From an uncultured virus (IMG/VR IMGVR_UViG_3300020050_010858) (taxonomy: Duplodnaviria; Heunggongvirae; Uroviricota; Caudoviricetes), in IMG/VR virus record IMGVR_UViG_3300020050_010858: a stretch of 64,000 bases of DNA, one strand, 5' to 3'. The translations under genes and the position numbers were made by a program. Position 1 is the stretch's first letter. Every line of letters begins with the position of its first letter. Shown here piece after piece: positions 9,988-20,751 of this stretch. The notes beneath the pieces are model-generated. The model was not told the DNA's origin and ran no database searches. It worked only from the letters and a program-made list of their open reading frames with translations.

Positions 9988-10752
9988 ATGAGGATTGAAA
10001 AAGATTTGGCTACGCTGCGCGGATACCTTGCCACTATAACTCCTCGCGACGAGAACCCAGACAAACTAAGAAAACATCCAGACAATGACTTCCCAGACGT
10101 TGCAGGGGTGGCATGGGAAAAGCTCGTGGAATCGATCGAGGATATTGGAATCCGGCACCCTGTCATAGCTGATATTAAAGGAATGGTTTTATCTGGATGG
10201 CAGAGGACGCGGGCAGCGGCAAAACTTGGAATCCCTGTTCCAGTCATACGAATCCCTATCATGCAAAGGGCCGTCACTCGTCATGTCATCATAACGATGA
10301 ATCTTGCAGGCAGACAGCTATCAAGCGAGCAGTTCGACAAGTTTTGGGGCGAGGCGTACGGCAAGCGCGTAGAAACGATGCTGGTCAAACAGCACTTACC
10401 GCCAGGAACAATTTCCCGGATGTTGTCCAAGGAAACCGGAATTCCTAAAACCAAGATACATAAAAGAGTCGAGGCCGCGAGAATCCAACTCGTGAAAAAC
10501 CGGTCTGATCTATCAAGTGATACCGTGCAACGCCTGATCAAGAAAGCAAAGAATCTTTTGACGCAAATGCACGAATTGCGAGACCAGTATTTCAAAGTAA
10601 GGTCCAAGATTGGGGAACACATCAAAATGACGGACACAGACTTGCCTGCGATTCAGATACGCGAGGACGATTCCCTACCTATTCCGCGCGTAGTGTTTGA
10701 GAAACATCATGGAACAAGCAAAGGCAGGCTAAAGGTAGACTTTACAAAATAG
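9988..10752 (+). CDS. ParB/Srx N-terminal domain protein
   Basis: LVESIEDIGIRHPVI...VLSGWQRTRAA..LG motif. Confidence 0.8.
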   Translation: MRIEKDLATLRGYLATITPRDENPDKLRKHPDNDFPDVAGVAWEKLVESIEDIGIRHPVIADIKGMVLSGWQRTRAAAKLGIPVPVIRIPIMQRAVTRHVIITMNLAGRQLSSEQFDKFWGEAYGKRVETMLVKQHLPPGTISRMLSKETGIPKTKIHKRVEAARIQLVKNRSDLSSDTVQRLIKKAKNLLTQMHELRDQYFKVRSKIGEHIKMTDTDLPAIQIREDDSLPIPRVVFEKHHGTSKGRLKVDFTK

Positions 10753-10941
10753 CGTATTATGTAAAGTTTTGAGTTGACGGGCTCGAGGCGGCGTGGTACG
10801 TCCTAGTTTCAACATGCTATTGCATACGATGGAGGGCCTATGTGTCGCGCTACAGGGTAAGCCTAAATGCGATTGTAAATCGAGTTTTTCGGGAGTAAGC
10901 TTTTCGCGTAAAAAAGCCAGCCACCTTAAGAAAATTAGATA

Positions 10942-11793
10942 TTGGCCGTCCCTGCTTTGGTATGTGGGGGCGGCCTCTTGACCACATCCCTCACCGTCCT
11001 GGCACCGTCCGCCCTGCCCCTCCTTCGTCGCGATGACTACGACTCTGTCATCAAGCGGTTCAACATTTTCCTTGCCGGGCGTACTGCGAACGAGGAAACC
11101 ATTCGTGAGTTTTTCAAATCCGAAAAACGGACTTACAAGGCCCGCTCGATTCAAGTTCACAAGTGCGCAATCAAAGCCGCTGTCTACAAAGCGTTTCCTA
11201 CGCACGATACGCGCATTAAAGCGGGCATGGATGAAATTTTCAAGTCTATCAAGATCCCGAAGCCGGAACCCCGGATACAATCTAAAGACCTGTTTTCTAA
11301 AAAAGAGATCCGCACAATTATCAAAGCCAGCCCCCTGCACATTGGCCTATTTATCCAAACGCTGTACGATACCGGCGCGCGCGTTTCCGAAGCTCTGTCA
11401 ATGGAATATCGAAACTGCGAAGAAACCCCGGGCGCGGTTCTCTGCAAGATTACGGGCAAGGGTAGCAAGGAGGGGGCTCTGACCCTGACGAAAAAGCTTT
11501 TCCAACAAATCAAAAAGGTGTTTGGTGGAAAGGTGTTCCTATTCGAGCACGGCGGGAAAGTGTACGGACGTCAGCACATGTGGGCAACCTGCCAGAAGTT
11601 CGGTAAGATCGCCACGGGCAGAAAGATCCATCCGCATTCATTAAGACATTCCCGCATTACGCACATGATTAAGGATGGCTTACCGCTCGGGGCCGTGTCT
11701 CGCTTTGCCAGGCATTCGAACGTAACGACTACGTTACAGTTTTACGAACATAACATTTTGGATGAAAGCGCGATTACGCGCGGGGCGCTCTAA
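10942..11793 (+). CDS. Tyrosine recombinase (XerC/D-like)
   Basis: TGARVSE, GKG.K, HSLRH, RH, TT.QFY catalytic motifs; no obvious IntI-specific insertion. Confidence 0.9.
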   Translation: MAVPALVCGGGLLTTSLTVLAPSALPLLRRDDYDSVIKRFNIFLAGRTANEETIREFFKSEKRTYKARSIQVHKCAIKAAVYKAFPTHDTRIKAGMDEIFKSIKIPKPEPRIQSKDLFSKKEIRTIIKASPLHIGLFIQTLYDTGARVSEALSMEYRNCEETPGAVLCKITGKGSKEGALTLTKKLFQQIKKVFGGKVFLFEHGGKVYGRQHMWATCQKFGKIATGRKIHPHSLRHSRITHMIKDGLPLGAVSRFARHSNVTTTLQFYEHNILDESAITRGAL

Positions 11794-12617
11794 GTCAGAA
11801 TCTCGATAATCTTTTTTTGCCAGTCTACCGAATTCCTGTAGCCCGTCGCCGCGAGGATTCGCGCAGAACTGAGAGAGCTGTCAACAGGCCTTTTCACGCT
11901 GTCCGGGGTGTTTCCTGGGTTTATCAAGTCTCCTCTATGATAGTATTCCGCAACCTTTAACGCAATGGCATACCAGGAGAGCGGGGGCGAGTTTGCGAAG
12001 TGGTAAATGCCCTGTAAGTCGCGCTCAATGGCCCTGAGCGTCACGCGCGCGAGGCTTTCCGCGTCAGTGATACAGGTGGTCAGAATATCAGTTACGGTGA
12101 AAGGGGCCCCGAGCTTAACTTGATCGGCAATGCCCTTGACAAAGTTCTTTCCGTATGGGGAGTATAGCCCGGCGGTACGGATGACGAGTGCCCCGGGGTT
12201 AAGCCTGGTCACAAGGTTTTCACCTGACAGCTTGGATCTACCGTAACGATTTAGCGGGCCGGTTTCGTCGGCTTCTATATATGGCGATCCTTTCTTTCCG
12301 TTAAAAACGTAATCCGTTGAAAACGTGACAAACTTTTTCCCCGAGGCTTTACAGATTTGAGCCAGCGAACCAGGTAACGCGCTGTTAAGCTCCTGCACTT
12401 TTTCCTCGTTGCCTGGAAGCTCTGCCCCGCGCACGTCTGTCCATGCAGCGCAATTAATGACGGTGCCGGCATCGGTGCGCTGGACAAGTCTGTAGAGAGA
12501 TCCGAAACCAGTGTCACGGATGGCAGGCGCGAATATGAGTTCAACGTCTGTTGCCAGGCTTTGAAACGTGCTCCCGAGTTGCCCCGCGCTACCGATGATT
12601 AGAATTTTGTCAGGCAT
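11790..12617 (-). CDS. rmlD: dTDP-4-dehydrorhamnose reductase
   Basis: GSAGQLG, INCAAWTDV, STDYVF.G, YGRSK. Confidence 0.92.
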   Translation of the reverse strand: MPDKILIIGSAGQLGSTFQSLATDVELIFAPAIRDTGFGSLYRLVQRTDAGTVINCAAWTDVRGAELPGNEEKVQELNSALPGSLAQICKASGKKFVTFSTDYVFNGKKGSPYIEADETGPLNRYGRSKLSGENLVTRLNPGALVIRTAGLYSPYGKNFVKGIADQVKLGAPFTVTDILTTCITDAESLARVTLRAIERDLQGIYHFANSPPLSWYAIALKVAEYYHRGDLINPGNTPDSVKRPVDSSLSSARILAATGYRNSVDWQKKIIEILT

Positions 12618-12887
12618 TAAAAGCACGTCTTGAAAAAGTACATGAACGTTAGACCCGCAACCAGACCGCAAGCACCAAAGAACAGGTGCCACGCAATGCA
12701 CGACGCGTCATTTTCAAATTCAATCGGGGCCGGGGTAAAAGGCTTTCTCATTTGCGTTTTCCTTTTTTCTTTGCCGCTTTCTTCGCAGTCTTCTTTTTGA
12801 CCGTTTTACGTTTCGATTTTTCGGCGGGCTGTGTTTCTACTTCGGACATTTGATTTTCCTTAAGGGTGTTTTTGAAATGTGGTTGAA

Positions 12888-13229
12888 TCATAGGAGTGAT
12901 AGAATCCAGATAAGGGCCACGCCCCCGCCACCTATCCAGAAGCCTTGCAGGAATCCAGAATTTACTTTTGACTGGTTCGCGCCCGCAATTTCTGCATTTT
13001 GCAAAGCAGCGGTTGCAAGTTCAGCGGTGCACTTCTTATTGGCTTGCTGGATAGCTTCGTAAGTATGTGCTCGCACAGCACGCCCGGCCAACTTCTCCGG
13101 GTAGTATTCAGGGGGGTCGAGTTCATCGGCTACGCAGTGTTCTTTTGCAACGTCCCCGACGTCAACCGGCGACTGTGTTTGCACGACCGCGCAGGAAGTG
13201 AACGCCAGAAACAAAAGAACGAATCTCAC
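12888..13229 (-). CDS. Lipoprotein, possible o-spanin-like
   Basis: MRFVLLFLAFTSC lipobox; follows the endolysin. Confidence 0.45.
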   Translation of the reverse strand: MRFVLLFLAFTSCAVVQTQSPVDVGDVAKEHCVADELDPPEYYPEKLAGRAVRAHTYEAIQQANKKCTAELATAALQNAEIAGANQSKVNSGFLQGFWIGGGGVALIWILSLL

Positions 13230-13402
13230 TTTCTGCCCTCTAATACGCGTTTGAGTTCGGGGGCGCATTCGACGGGCTTGTCCGCCGTTGCATTCGAGCC
13301 CCACTTGTAGCCGCCGAAAAATCCCGCACCCAGCCCGAGGGCCAGCGACAAAATCGCGGACAAAAGAAGGGTCATTTTTGACACGTTTTCTGGCATATTC
13401 AT
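13226..13402 (-). CDS. Small membrane protein of the lysis module
   Basis: Single TM helix. Confidence 0.45.
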   Translation of the reverse strand: MNMPENVSKMTLLLSAILSLALGLGAGFFGGYKWGSNATADKPVECAPELKRVLEGRK

Positions 13403-14037
13403 TTTCCTTTTATTTGAGCGAGTCGGGTTTGCACCTGACTTCGATACCACGGGATTTGTGAGGTGCCGTTGTACAGGGCTATAAAGCCATCAATGTTTCC
13501 AGCCTGCAAGGATTTTACGAGCGCGCCGTTACTGTAGGCAGGCAAGAAATGTATAAAAGCGGCAACCTGGTTATCCTTGCTTTCCTGCATGGCTTTGAAC
13601 ATGGCTTCAGACGAATCAAACCCGGAAGCCTTCGCATTGAAACCCATAATCTGAGGGAAGCCCATTGAAATCGAATTGTAGGCCGCCGCGGCGTTTTTCT
13701 CCCGGGCCCATTCAAATACCATGTACTCCCGTTCCTGGCCTTCGTGCTTTGTGCGGGTTGCCGGGTCGTCTCCGATGTGAATCCACTTCCACGGAGAATT
13801 TACATCAAGACGAAACCGCTGGTCCGCCAGTTGCTGGGTCGTCATCCCAGGTATGTAAAAATTTTCCTTAAATGCCGGAGCGTACCGAATGAACCATTGA
13901 GGTTCAAAACGGATTAGCAATTTTCCGTCAGGACCAAAAGCCTGGCCGCCTGACTCTACCTGCACGACGGCAAGTAGAAAGTCAGGATCAATGCCCCATT
14001 CCTTAGATTTTGTCTGGATTGTTTGTAGCAGGTCCAT
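13399..14037 (-). CDS. Endolysin, N-acetylmuramidase (DUF3380-like)
   Basis: AVVQVESGG, IRFEP, SISMG.PQIMGFN, YNG. Confidence 0.85.
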   Translation of the reverse strand: MDLLQTIQTKSKEWGIDPDFLLAVVQVESGGQAFGPDGKLLIRFEPQWFIRYAPAFKENFYIPGMTTQQLADQRFRLDVNSPWKWIHIGDDPATRTKHEGQEREYMVFEWAREKNAAAAYNSISMGFPQIMGFNAKASGFDSSEAMFKAMQESKDNQVAAFIHFLPAYSNGALVKSLQAGNIDGFIALYNGTSQIPWYRSQVQTRLAQIKGK

Positions 14038-14353
14038 TCATGTTTTCCTTTGGTGCTTCGGGTTCCTGGGCGTTCGGGTTCATAATGTCGGGCACCTGGT
14101 CTATTTTCGTCCCATTCTTTGCCATCAAAAGAGTGTAGGCCATGCCGGGCAGATGAGTGATAAACCATCCAACCCCGCGACCAAGCACGGCAACAAGAAT
14201 TCCGACGATAGACAATGCGCCTGCGAGCGTTACATCCCAGGCAATTATGAAATCCAGTTTAGCGTACGTGACGCCTATCGCTGACAGAATGAGCGCAACC
14301 CCGCCGACAATGTACGGCAAGTGACCCTTTTTCAATTCGGTTGTGTCTGGCAC
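14003..14353 (-). CDS. Putative holin
   Basis: Multiple TM helices adjacent to the endolysin. Confidence 0.55.
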   Translation of the reverse strand: MPDTTELKKGHLPYIVGGVALILSAIGVTYAKLDFIIAWDVTLAGALSIVGILVAVLGRGVGWFITHLPGMAYTLLMAKNGTKIDQVPDIMNPNAQEPEAPKENMNGPATNNPDKI

Positions 14354-14356
14354 GCG

Positions 14357-14692
14357 TTACGCTCCTTTTTTTAGTACTTCAGCAATTCGTGAGGGAAGGC
14401 TTACCAGGTGGCCCCCGAGGTCGTCAAGCTTCCCTTTAATTTCTGCGATGTCTTCGCGTGAATCGACAAAATGGGCTTCGAGGGAAGCGACCCTTTCGCG
14501 CACGCCGACAAAATCCCCGAGCATTTCAGAAGTTGCCATATTCACCGCCGCGCTAACCTGCATGCTCAGTTTTTCGTCCAGGCGGTTTGAATGCCATTTG
14601 AACAGAAAGAAGACTCCACCCCAGGCAGTAAGAAAAAGCCCCCCTGCCGTACTGATAACCGATATGAAATTCGTTTTCAGCCATTCATCCAT
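14357..14692 (-). CDS. Membrane coiled-coil protein (holin/antiholin-like)
   Basis: N-terminal TM followed by coiled coil. Confidence 0.45.
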   Translation of the reverse strand: MDEWLKTNFISVISTAGGLFLTAWGGVFFLFKWHSNRLDEKLSMQVSAAVNMATSEMLGDFVGVRERVASLEAHFVDSREDIAEIKGKLDDLGGHLVSLPSRIAEVLKKGA

Positions 14693-14705
14693 TCCCGCGT
14701 AAGAA

Positions 14706-16076
14706 CTACAGATAGCCTACTACAGGCAAAAAGATTTCAAAGGAAAACGTGTAGATTGTCCCGGACGGCCCGAGCGGGTTACGTGCCGAGCCCCAATTGT
14801 CGCCATTCGTCGCACTCGCATTCGCTACCATGAATTGAGTGAGTACAGTTCGTGCTGCGAGATTATACAGATAGCAATAGCCTGCGAAAAGGTCGCGGGA
14901 TGACATGCTCGACATTGTCCCGCATTGTCCCCCGACGTAACCATTATCGACCTGCATTGAAGACCCGTCCACGTTCCCGACGCTTGCAGGCAATGCGAGC
15001 AGGTAAGCACCGGACCCGGCGGTCGGACTCCCCCCACTTTGCTGGTAGGAACCCCACATCCGGGCAATAGGCCCGTTTTGTTGCGTCCAGTAGTTATCAT
15101 AAACGACAGTGCCCTTTGTCGGTGGCGTCGTAATGGCTTTAATTGGTATTGCTCCCTGACTCGTAACCGATCCGTGAAATTGTGCACCCTGCTCGGCACC
15201 GTTTCCGAACGGTACACAATACTGAGTGTTAGGCGTCGCGTCAGTGAACCAGCGGCCCAGCACGCGCCAGGCAGACGCGCCGGAACCATTGACACCGTTC
15301 GCGTCCAGGTAGTAACCGTTCAGCGTCGGGTTCAAAGTAAGTGTCATGTTCGCATTCGACGTAACGCTGAGAGCAGCGTAAATCGTATACGTACCGACAG
15401 CGCCCGTATCCACGTTGCCAGAAGTCAGGAACGTGCAAACGCCCGCGCCCCCGTTAGTCGCAATAACATACACGCCGTCAAATTGCGTTGTACCGCTGAC
15501 TACGATAATGTTTCCGGCGTCCCCGCTGATTGTGCCGGTTGCCGCTGTTAGCGTTGCGGTTCCGCTGAATTGAGTGATTGACGTTATGTTTCCGGTGTGC
15601 GAAGAAACCGCCGGGCCCATTGCAAGCAACCAGTTCAGCGTCCCCGCCGTACTCATCACAACATGATAAACGCGGGAAGCCGCGAGGGCCTGGCTGGATT
15701 TTTTAAAAACGTCTGTCGTAAGGGAAAGCGCTGTCTGTGCAGTTTTGGAAACCCTGGTCCCTGCAATATCGTACACCCCGGGAAGCACAGAAGGAGGCAG
15801 CGCCGAGCTGTTGAAAACAATGCCGCCCGTGTTCAGACCGTTTGCAATCGTTTGAATTTGCAGGTCTGCAATTTCGGCTTCGATGTCTACAATGTCCGCT
15901 TCGATTGTAACGATGTCGTTTTCGGCAACGCCGAGACGTTCGTCAAGGTCCGTAGTATTGGCCCAGATTTGAGAATTGTTCGCGCGCATTTGATCGCCGC
16001 GCACGAAGCCGTTATCAGGAAAATACGGGTTCGGGGCCGAAGGGCTCGCCGGGTCATCAGGAAAAGGAAGTGCCAT
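14706..16076 (-). CDS. Tail fibre protein
   Basis: Coiled-coil N-terminus, Gly/Thr-rich body, follows baseplate genes. Confidence 0.65.
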   Translation of the reverse strand: MALPFPDDPASPSAPNPYFPDNGFVRGDQMRANNSQIWANTTDLDERLGVAENDIVTIEADIVDIEAEIADLQIQTIANGLNTGGIVFNSSALPPSVLPGVYDIAGTRVSKTAQTALSLTTDVFKKSSQALAASRVYHVVMSTAGTLNWLLAMGPAVSSHTGNITSITQFSGTATLTAATGTISGDAGNIIVVSGTTQFDGVYVIATNGGAGVCTFLTSGNVDTGAVGTYTIYAALSVTSNANMTLTLNPTLNGYYLDANGVNGSGASAWRVLGRWFTDATPNTQYCVPFGNGAEQGAQFHGSVTSQGAIPIKAITTPPTKGTVVYDNYWTQQNGPIARMWGSYQQSGGSPTAGSGAYLLALPASVGNVDGSSMQVDNGYVGGQCGTMSSMSSRDLFAGYCYLYNLAARTVLTQFMVANASATNGDNWGSARNPLGPSGTIYTFSFEIFLPVVGYL

Positions 16077-16087
16077 TGTCTGTACCT

Positions 16088-17173
16088 CTAGTTTATCGCT
16101 TCAGAATCTTTAACGTCAATCACATATATGTCATCGCCGTACGTAATGTACAGGACAACCGCCGTGCCATAAGGTTTAATTTTTCGGAACAGTAGGATAA
16201 TTATCCCCAGATTAGCGAAACCGTCCGCTGTAAGAGTGAGGACCATTTGCACGATTTCCGCCGTAGGGTTTACCCCCCACATGCCATAAAAGCCATACCC
16301 CTTCGAAGGGCCGTCCACCGGGGGCGGGGTTTGCGAGGTGATTGTCGGATCGTCCGGCGCGAAGATCCCCGACGAATCAAGGTAGGTGTTCGTGAAAACA
16401 CTACCCTGAAGACTGTAAATCGTGCTCACCTTATACCAGACGCCGCCGTAAAAGGAGTAAATCGCCCCTTGATCCCCGGAGCCGTCATCAAACACACCCG
16501 CAACGTCCCCGTTGTTTGCTGGAAGCGGATCAAGGTCTACGAGTTCCGCAACGTCATAATAAGAAAACGCGGTGGCCGTGCTCAAAGGAGGCAGCCAGAC
16601 AATATCGCCGTTGTACAAATACCCCCGGCTGAGGTACGTCGAGGACGCTGGCCCTTTGGTCCAGCCTTCAGGAGCGGCCCACGCACGGCGCACGTAAAGA
16701 GTGTTTGCGGGTGTGTCGGGAAGCGTCGGCGAATTGCTAAAAATAATCAGGTTTTCAGCAAAGTTGATCGGCGTCCCTTTCCCTGCGATGACCTGCCCCA
16801 TATCGGTCGACCAATCAATGTCAACCAGCAAATTGTAAAGCTGGTTAATACATTCAGCGAAAGATCCGGGGCGCGGTGCGAGCAAATAGGAAAGCAAATC
16901 CCTTTCGACGTTCAAGTTATTTTGTAACCAGGTGAACCCCACCGACTGACTGAGGTAATACAGATACATTTGAAGGTTGGAAGTCAGTCCGGTGTAGTCC
17001 CGCGTAGCCCATAAACGAAACGTTTCGTCAAACAGGTTCACTTGATTCTGAAAATCTAAAGTGATCCCGTCGAACCAATCCACCATCGCCGCCGTTTTTG
17101 CATTCTGCGACGTTGTGAAATTGAAATAGCCGGGGGCTGTCAGCTCACGAAATGTTTTTCTTGTGAAACTCAT
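16088..17173 (-). CDS. Baseplate wedge protein
   Basis: Position after baseplate J; C-terminal KIKPYG motif. Confidence 0.55.
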   Translation of the reverse strand: MSFTRKTFRELTAPGYFNFTTSQNAKTAAMVDWFDGITLDFQNQVNLFDETFRLWATRDYTGLTSNLQMYLYYLSQSVGFTWLQNNLNVERDLLSYLLAPRPGSFAECINQLYNLLVDIDWSTDMGQVIAGKGTPINFAENLIIFSNSPTLPDTPANTLYVRRAWAAPEGWTKGPASSTYLSRGYLYNGDIVWLPPLSTATAFSYYDVAELVDLDPLPANNGDVAGVFDDGSGDQGAIYSFYGGVWYKVSTIYSLQGSVFTNTYLDSSGIFAPDDPTITSQTPPPVDGPSKGYGFYGMWGVNPTAEIVQMVLTLTADGFANLGIIILLFRKIKPYGTAVVLYITYGDDIYVIDVKDSEAIN

Positions 17174-18567
17174 TGTTCAGTAATTGAAACCGTTATTTTA
17201 GAAGGATCAAGGAAAATGAATCGATCATACCAGGACGTGCCGTCAGAGAATAGCGCGTCCAGTACAAAATCTACCGTCGCCAGCGTGCCTTCATACGGTG
17301 CAAAGATGCTTAACAAGATTGGATTTTGTTCGTACTCATTCGGGTCAAATTCGATTGAAAGATTATCGCAGGAAATCAACTTCATTCCGCCCTGACTCCC
17401 GGTCGTCTGCGCACCTGAGATAAGCCCGCGCACCGCTTCGATTGAAATGAAAGGGGCGAGTGTCGGACCGGTTGCGCTCGCTTCCACCGTAAGCGTTTCA
17501 ACGGTAGGATCTCCGACAGCTGGCGTGAACGTAAAATTGAAACTCCCCGCGGCGCCTGTTAAAAGGTTGACCAGGCGTTGCACGAACTGAGACGCGAAAG
17601 ACTCGGTTATAGATACTTTCTCGGCGGCTAACGTTTCGGGAGGGAAAGAAACCGTAACAGCACAATCCACGGCGGAGTCCACGACCTGGCCAACGGATAT
17701 GGAGTAAGCTTGCGGGAAAATCCCGGTGTAAGATGAACCCTGCAAAATCGGGTGTAACGTTGAATCCTGATTGTTAAGGTTCCCGAATTCAAAACGTCTT
17801 GTGATAATGTCGATTGCCGCTTGAATTTCTTCGGGCCCTGCGTTGACCCCTGAGTCAAGAATCAGAACGCAGTTAAGCCCCTGCGGCGGGATTGGAATCG
17901 GCACCGTTGTTCCATCGTTATCGCTGTTTACATATATTTTTGCATCCTGATAGAATTCTAAAAACTCTTTCTGGGCGGCAACGGTTGCTTGTTGGCTCGT
18001 ATTGTTTGACTTGTAGAACGTTAGACGATTAGTATAACTTGAATCTGTTTCAATGTCAGCGCCCCCGGTAAACGGTTGCGGGTTTGTAACGACCCCGCCA
18101 GGGCCACCGGTGAACGTCTGGTCCGCTGGCAGGTTCTGGCTTGCGCCGGTCTCGGATGACTGAACGCTCAGGAAACCGATTTCTCCGATTGCCACCGAAA
18201 GAACCGTGGACGCGTTCGTATAGGTATTACCGTTAGGCGCCGTAAAAGTCGTGTTTTCCGGGAAGTTGAGCGTTTCGTCCCCGTCCGTGTTGTCGATCTC
18301 AAGGAACCCTTTCGAGACAGAGGCGACCTTTCTAGGGAAGCCCGGGTTTTGAATGTCCAGGCCCGACCCCGCTGGGTTAAACTGCTTTACAATAACCGCG
18401 TAAATTGCTGAATCTATGTCCTGGTAAACGAGGGCCATCCATTCTTTTAGCCGGTCCTCTACGCTGCCAGCTGGTACTTCCACGCCCGCCGCCGCCGCTT
18501 TTTGCAGCACGATCGTCCGGGCATCGTCTAACGTTAGTTTTACATATTTTCCATTAGCGTCTAACAT
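17170..18567 (-). CDS. Baseplate J-like protein
   Basis: VTNP...GGADIETD..Y..R motif. Confidence 0.8.
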   Translation of the reverse strand: MLDANGKYVKLTLDDARTIVLQKAAAAGVEVPAGSVEDRLKEWMALVYQDIDSAIYAVIVKQFNPAGSGLDIQNPGFPRKVASVSKGFLEIDNTDGDETLNFPENTTFTAPNGNTYTNASTVLSVAIGEIGFLSVQSSETGASQNLPADQTFTGGPGGVVTNPQPFTGGADIETDSSYTNRLTFYKSNNTSQQATVAAQKEFLEFYQDAKIYVNSDNDGTTVPIPIPPQGLNCVLILDSGVNAGPEEIQAAIDIITRRFEFGNLNNQDSTLHPILQGSSYTGIFPQAYSISVGQVVDSAVDCAVTVSFPPETLAAEKVSITESFASQFVQRLVNLLTGAAGSFNFTFTPAVGDPTVETLTVEASATGPTLAPFISIEAVRGLISGAQTTGSQGGMKLISCDNLSIEFDPNEYEQNPILLSIFAPYEGTLATVDFVLDALFSDGTSWYDRFIFLDPSKITVSITEQ

Positions 18568-18848
18568 TAAGCCACCTGCGCGTTATACTGTTTTTTCAAT
18601 GGGTCGTACACGACCGAAATGCAGGTGGCGTACTTGGTAATAATGCGGTTTATGTCGAGTGCGCGGTCCTGGGTCGATTGCGAGATTGTCCATATCAATT
18701 GATTGCGCCCGAAGTACGGGTCAGCATCCCAGGAACCCTGAATACAGCGAAGCTCACTTTTCGCGTTTTGCACCGCTGGCGTTCGGGTCGTTTGCAAATG
18801 GTTGTTTGCGTCGGTCGTAAAATTTCCATTATCGTCGATCTGGATCAT
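18567..18848 (-). CDS. Baseplate wedge small subunit (Mu gp46/gp25-like)
   Basis: LR.IQGSW..DP.FG motif; synteny. Confidence 0.6.
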   Translation of the reverse strand: MIQIDDNGNFTTDANNHLQTTRTPAVQNAKSELRCIQGSWDADPYFGRNQLIWTISQSTQDRALDINRIITKYATCISVVYDPLKKQYNAQVA

Positions 18849-19531
18849 GTTGGGGGCCCTGTTACCCCGGGCGCAGTTGTTACTGCATGCGTATGCGTTG
18901 CAAAATTGACCCCACCAATGACAGCGGATGCGGCGGTAAGAGCGCCGTTGACTGTCAGGGCGCCGGTAACCAGCAAGGCCCCTGTCAACGGGAGCGGTCC
19001 AGGTGCGCTGGTTTGCAAACCTGCGACAGTCAGGTTTGCACAAGATGCGTTCCCGGTGATAACAGTATTTCCGGTAACGTTCAGATTCGCCATGAGCGTA
19101 ACGTCGCCAGTTACATCAAGGGTTCCTTCAATTTCGGCGTCCCCGCCTACAATCAAATCTCCTTCGAGTTCTGAATCTCCTTCGACGTTTAAGTCCCCGG
19201 TGATTTTGACGTCCCCGTCAAAAATGAGGTCCCCAACAAATTTGTAGTCTCCAGTAAATATGAAAACACCGCCTTGCGGTTTGACTACGTGTACGATTCT
19301 GCCAGTAGCCTCAGACGCGTCATAATAACGGCTTACAGCCTCGTCGTCCAGGGCATTACGCGCGGTTACTACCAGTACAAGATCCCCGCTTTCCGGGGTG
19401 ATGCCCGCAAGGGGGGCGGCGGAAACGGTCGGATGGTCCGTGCCATCAAGTTCAACGATAAGCGGCTTTACGTCCGCAACGTTCAAAATCGGGTCGAACG
19501 TCTCGACGGTTGCAAGGAAAGCGTCAGTCAT
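18845..19531 (-). CDS. Baseplate spike (gpV/gp45-like)
   Basis: Beta-helix repeats; C-terminal THTH...TGPP. Confidence 0.8.
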   Translation of the reverse strand: MTDAFLATVETFDPILNVADVKPLIVELDGTDHPTVSAAPLAGITPESGDLVLVVTARNALDDEAVSRYYDASEATGRIVHVVKPQGGVFIFTGDYKFVGDLIFDGDVKITGDLNVEGDSELEGDLIVGGDAEIEGTLDVTGDVTLMANLNVTGNTVITGNASCANLTVAGLQTSAPGPLPLTGALLVTGALTVNGALTAASAVIGGVNFATHTHAVTTAPGVTGPPT

Positions 19532-20751
19532 CTAATCCCCGAGTAAACCGCGTTTTCAAACAGCGTGTCAAGTTTAAAATTGGAAATTAGCCAGTTGTTG
19601 GTCCCGGTAATCGTGAGGGTCGATTCGGTGCGCGAAATGGTGAGAATCAATTGCAGTATGTAAAAATTATAACCTTTCACTTTCTTGAGCCCGTAGGGTG
19701 CGGGGTCTGCCCTGAAGTTGCCGAACAGGTCTGACGCATCCGAATCGTTGTAAATTCTCACTGAATCGAAAAGGCTTAAATCCTGGGGTTCAGTTTTGAA
19801 AGTCGCTGTTGCATAGTCCTGCACAGAAAACGTTGAAATAATACTTGACCCGCTCACGTACCCGCGAAAGGAAAATTTCGTAGGGATCAGACTGAGGTAA
19901 GCCGGATTGTTTTCCGAATTAAGGGAAATCAGTTTTACGGTTTTATTGTCCGAATCCAGGTCAAAAAAGATTCCGTTGTCCCGGCAAACATTCGCAAGGA
20001 TCTTATTCACAGGCGCCGGCGGATAGTAACGCGAAGCGACCGGCAACTTGGCCGCCATATCGGCGGGAGCCGTAATTTTGAAACCCGTGGGCGCGAGCGC
20101 TGCTTGTATTTGCGCAACCAGGGGTTTCGCTTTATCGATGTTCATCCGCATTTGTAAGCGCATCACCATTGAGTCAAACGACGCACCCCGGATTTGTAAC
20201 GTGCTGTTTATACGTTTTGCGTCAAAGTTGTACGTCGTCCCGTACACCATGAACTTTTTCATGACAGTTTTCTTCGTGCCTGCGGGGCCCGGAATATCAT
20301 AAATCAAAACCCCGTAAGGAAATTGATTCTGGGCATCCACTACCTGTGCGGTGGCGTTGCCGAGCGACAAAACGCTTTCCTGTCCTACGATCTGTTTGAT
20401 ATTTACGAGCGAGCTGAGTTCCGGCGGCGCGTTACTAATTGAAATGCCCACTGAAGTTTTCAGCGCATCGCCGACCGTAACCCCTGTATGTTTGTAAATG
20501 ACCGCATAGTCAAGGGAGAACACTGAAAGAAGCGCGCTATTGTACCCGACATTCACAAGGTTCCCCGCTTCTATGACCAGGGCTTCTATCTCTTTTCTAG
20601 AATACTGGTCATCTGATCGCGTGTAATCCAGCACAGCGAAAGGAGTCGCAAAAACGTTTTCGGTACGACTCTGTTTGAAAAAAATTATCAAACGTAGTCC
20701 ACCTGAAAGAATGTGACGCCCGCCGCCATAGGGTCGCCCGTACAGAAACAA
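19528..20751 (-). CDS. Baseplate hub-like protein
   Basis: Synteny and size; start uncertain. Confidence 0.5.
   Translation of the reverse strand: MFLYGRPYGGGRHILSGGLRLIIFFKQSRTENVFATPFAVLDYTRSDDQYSRKEIEALVIEAGNLVNVGYNSALLSVFSLDYAVIYKHTGVTVGDALKTSVGISISNAPPELSSLVNIKQIVGQESVLSLGNATAQVVDAQNQFPYGVLIYDIPGPAGTKKTVMKKFMVYGTTYNFDAKRINSTLQIRGASFDSMVMRLQMRMNIDKAKPLVAQIQAALAPTGFKITAPADMAAKLPVASRYYPPAPVNKILANVCRDNGIFFDLDSDNKTVKLISLNSENNPAYLSLIPTKFSFRGYVSGSSIISTFSVQDYATATFKTEPQDLSLFDSVRIYNDSDASDLFGNFRADPAPYGLKKVKGYNFYILQLILTISRTESTLTITGTNNWLISNFKLDTLFENAVYSGIR

Noticed and set aside
10942..11793. Tyrosine recombinase as the IntI for the attC array
   Set aside because: No obvious IntI-specific insertion, 46 kb away, and probably from a different genome segment
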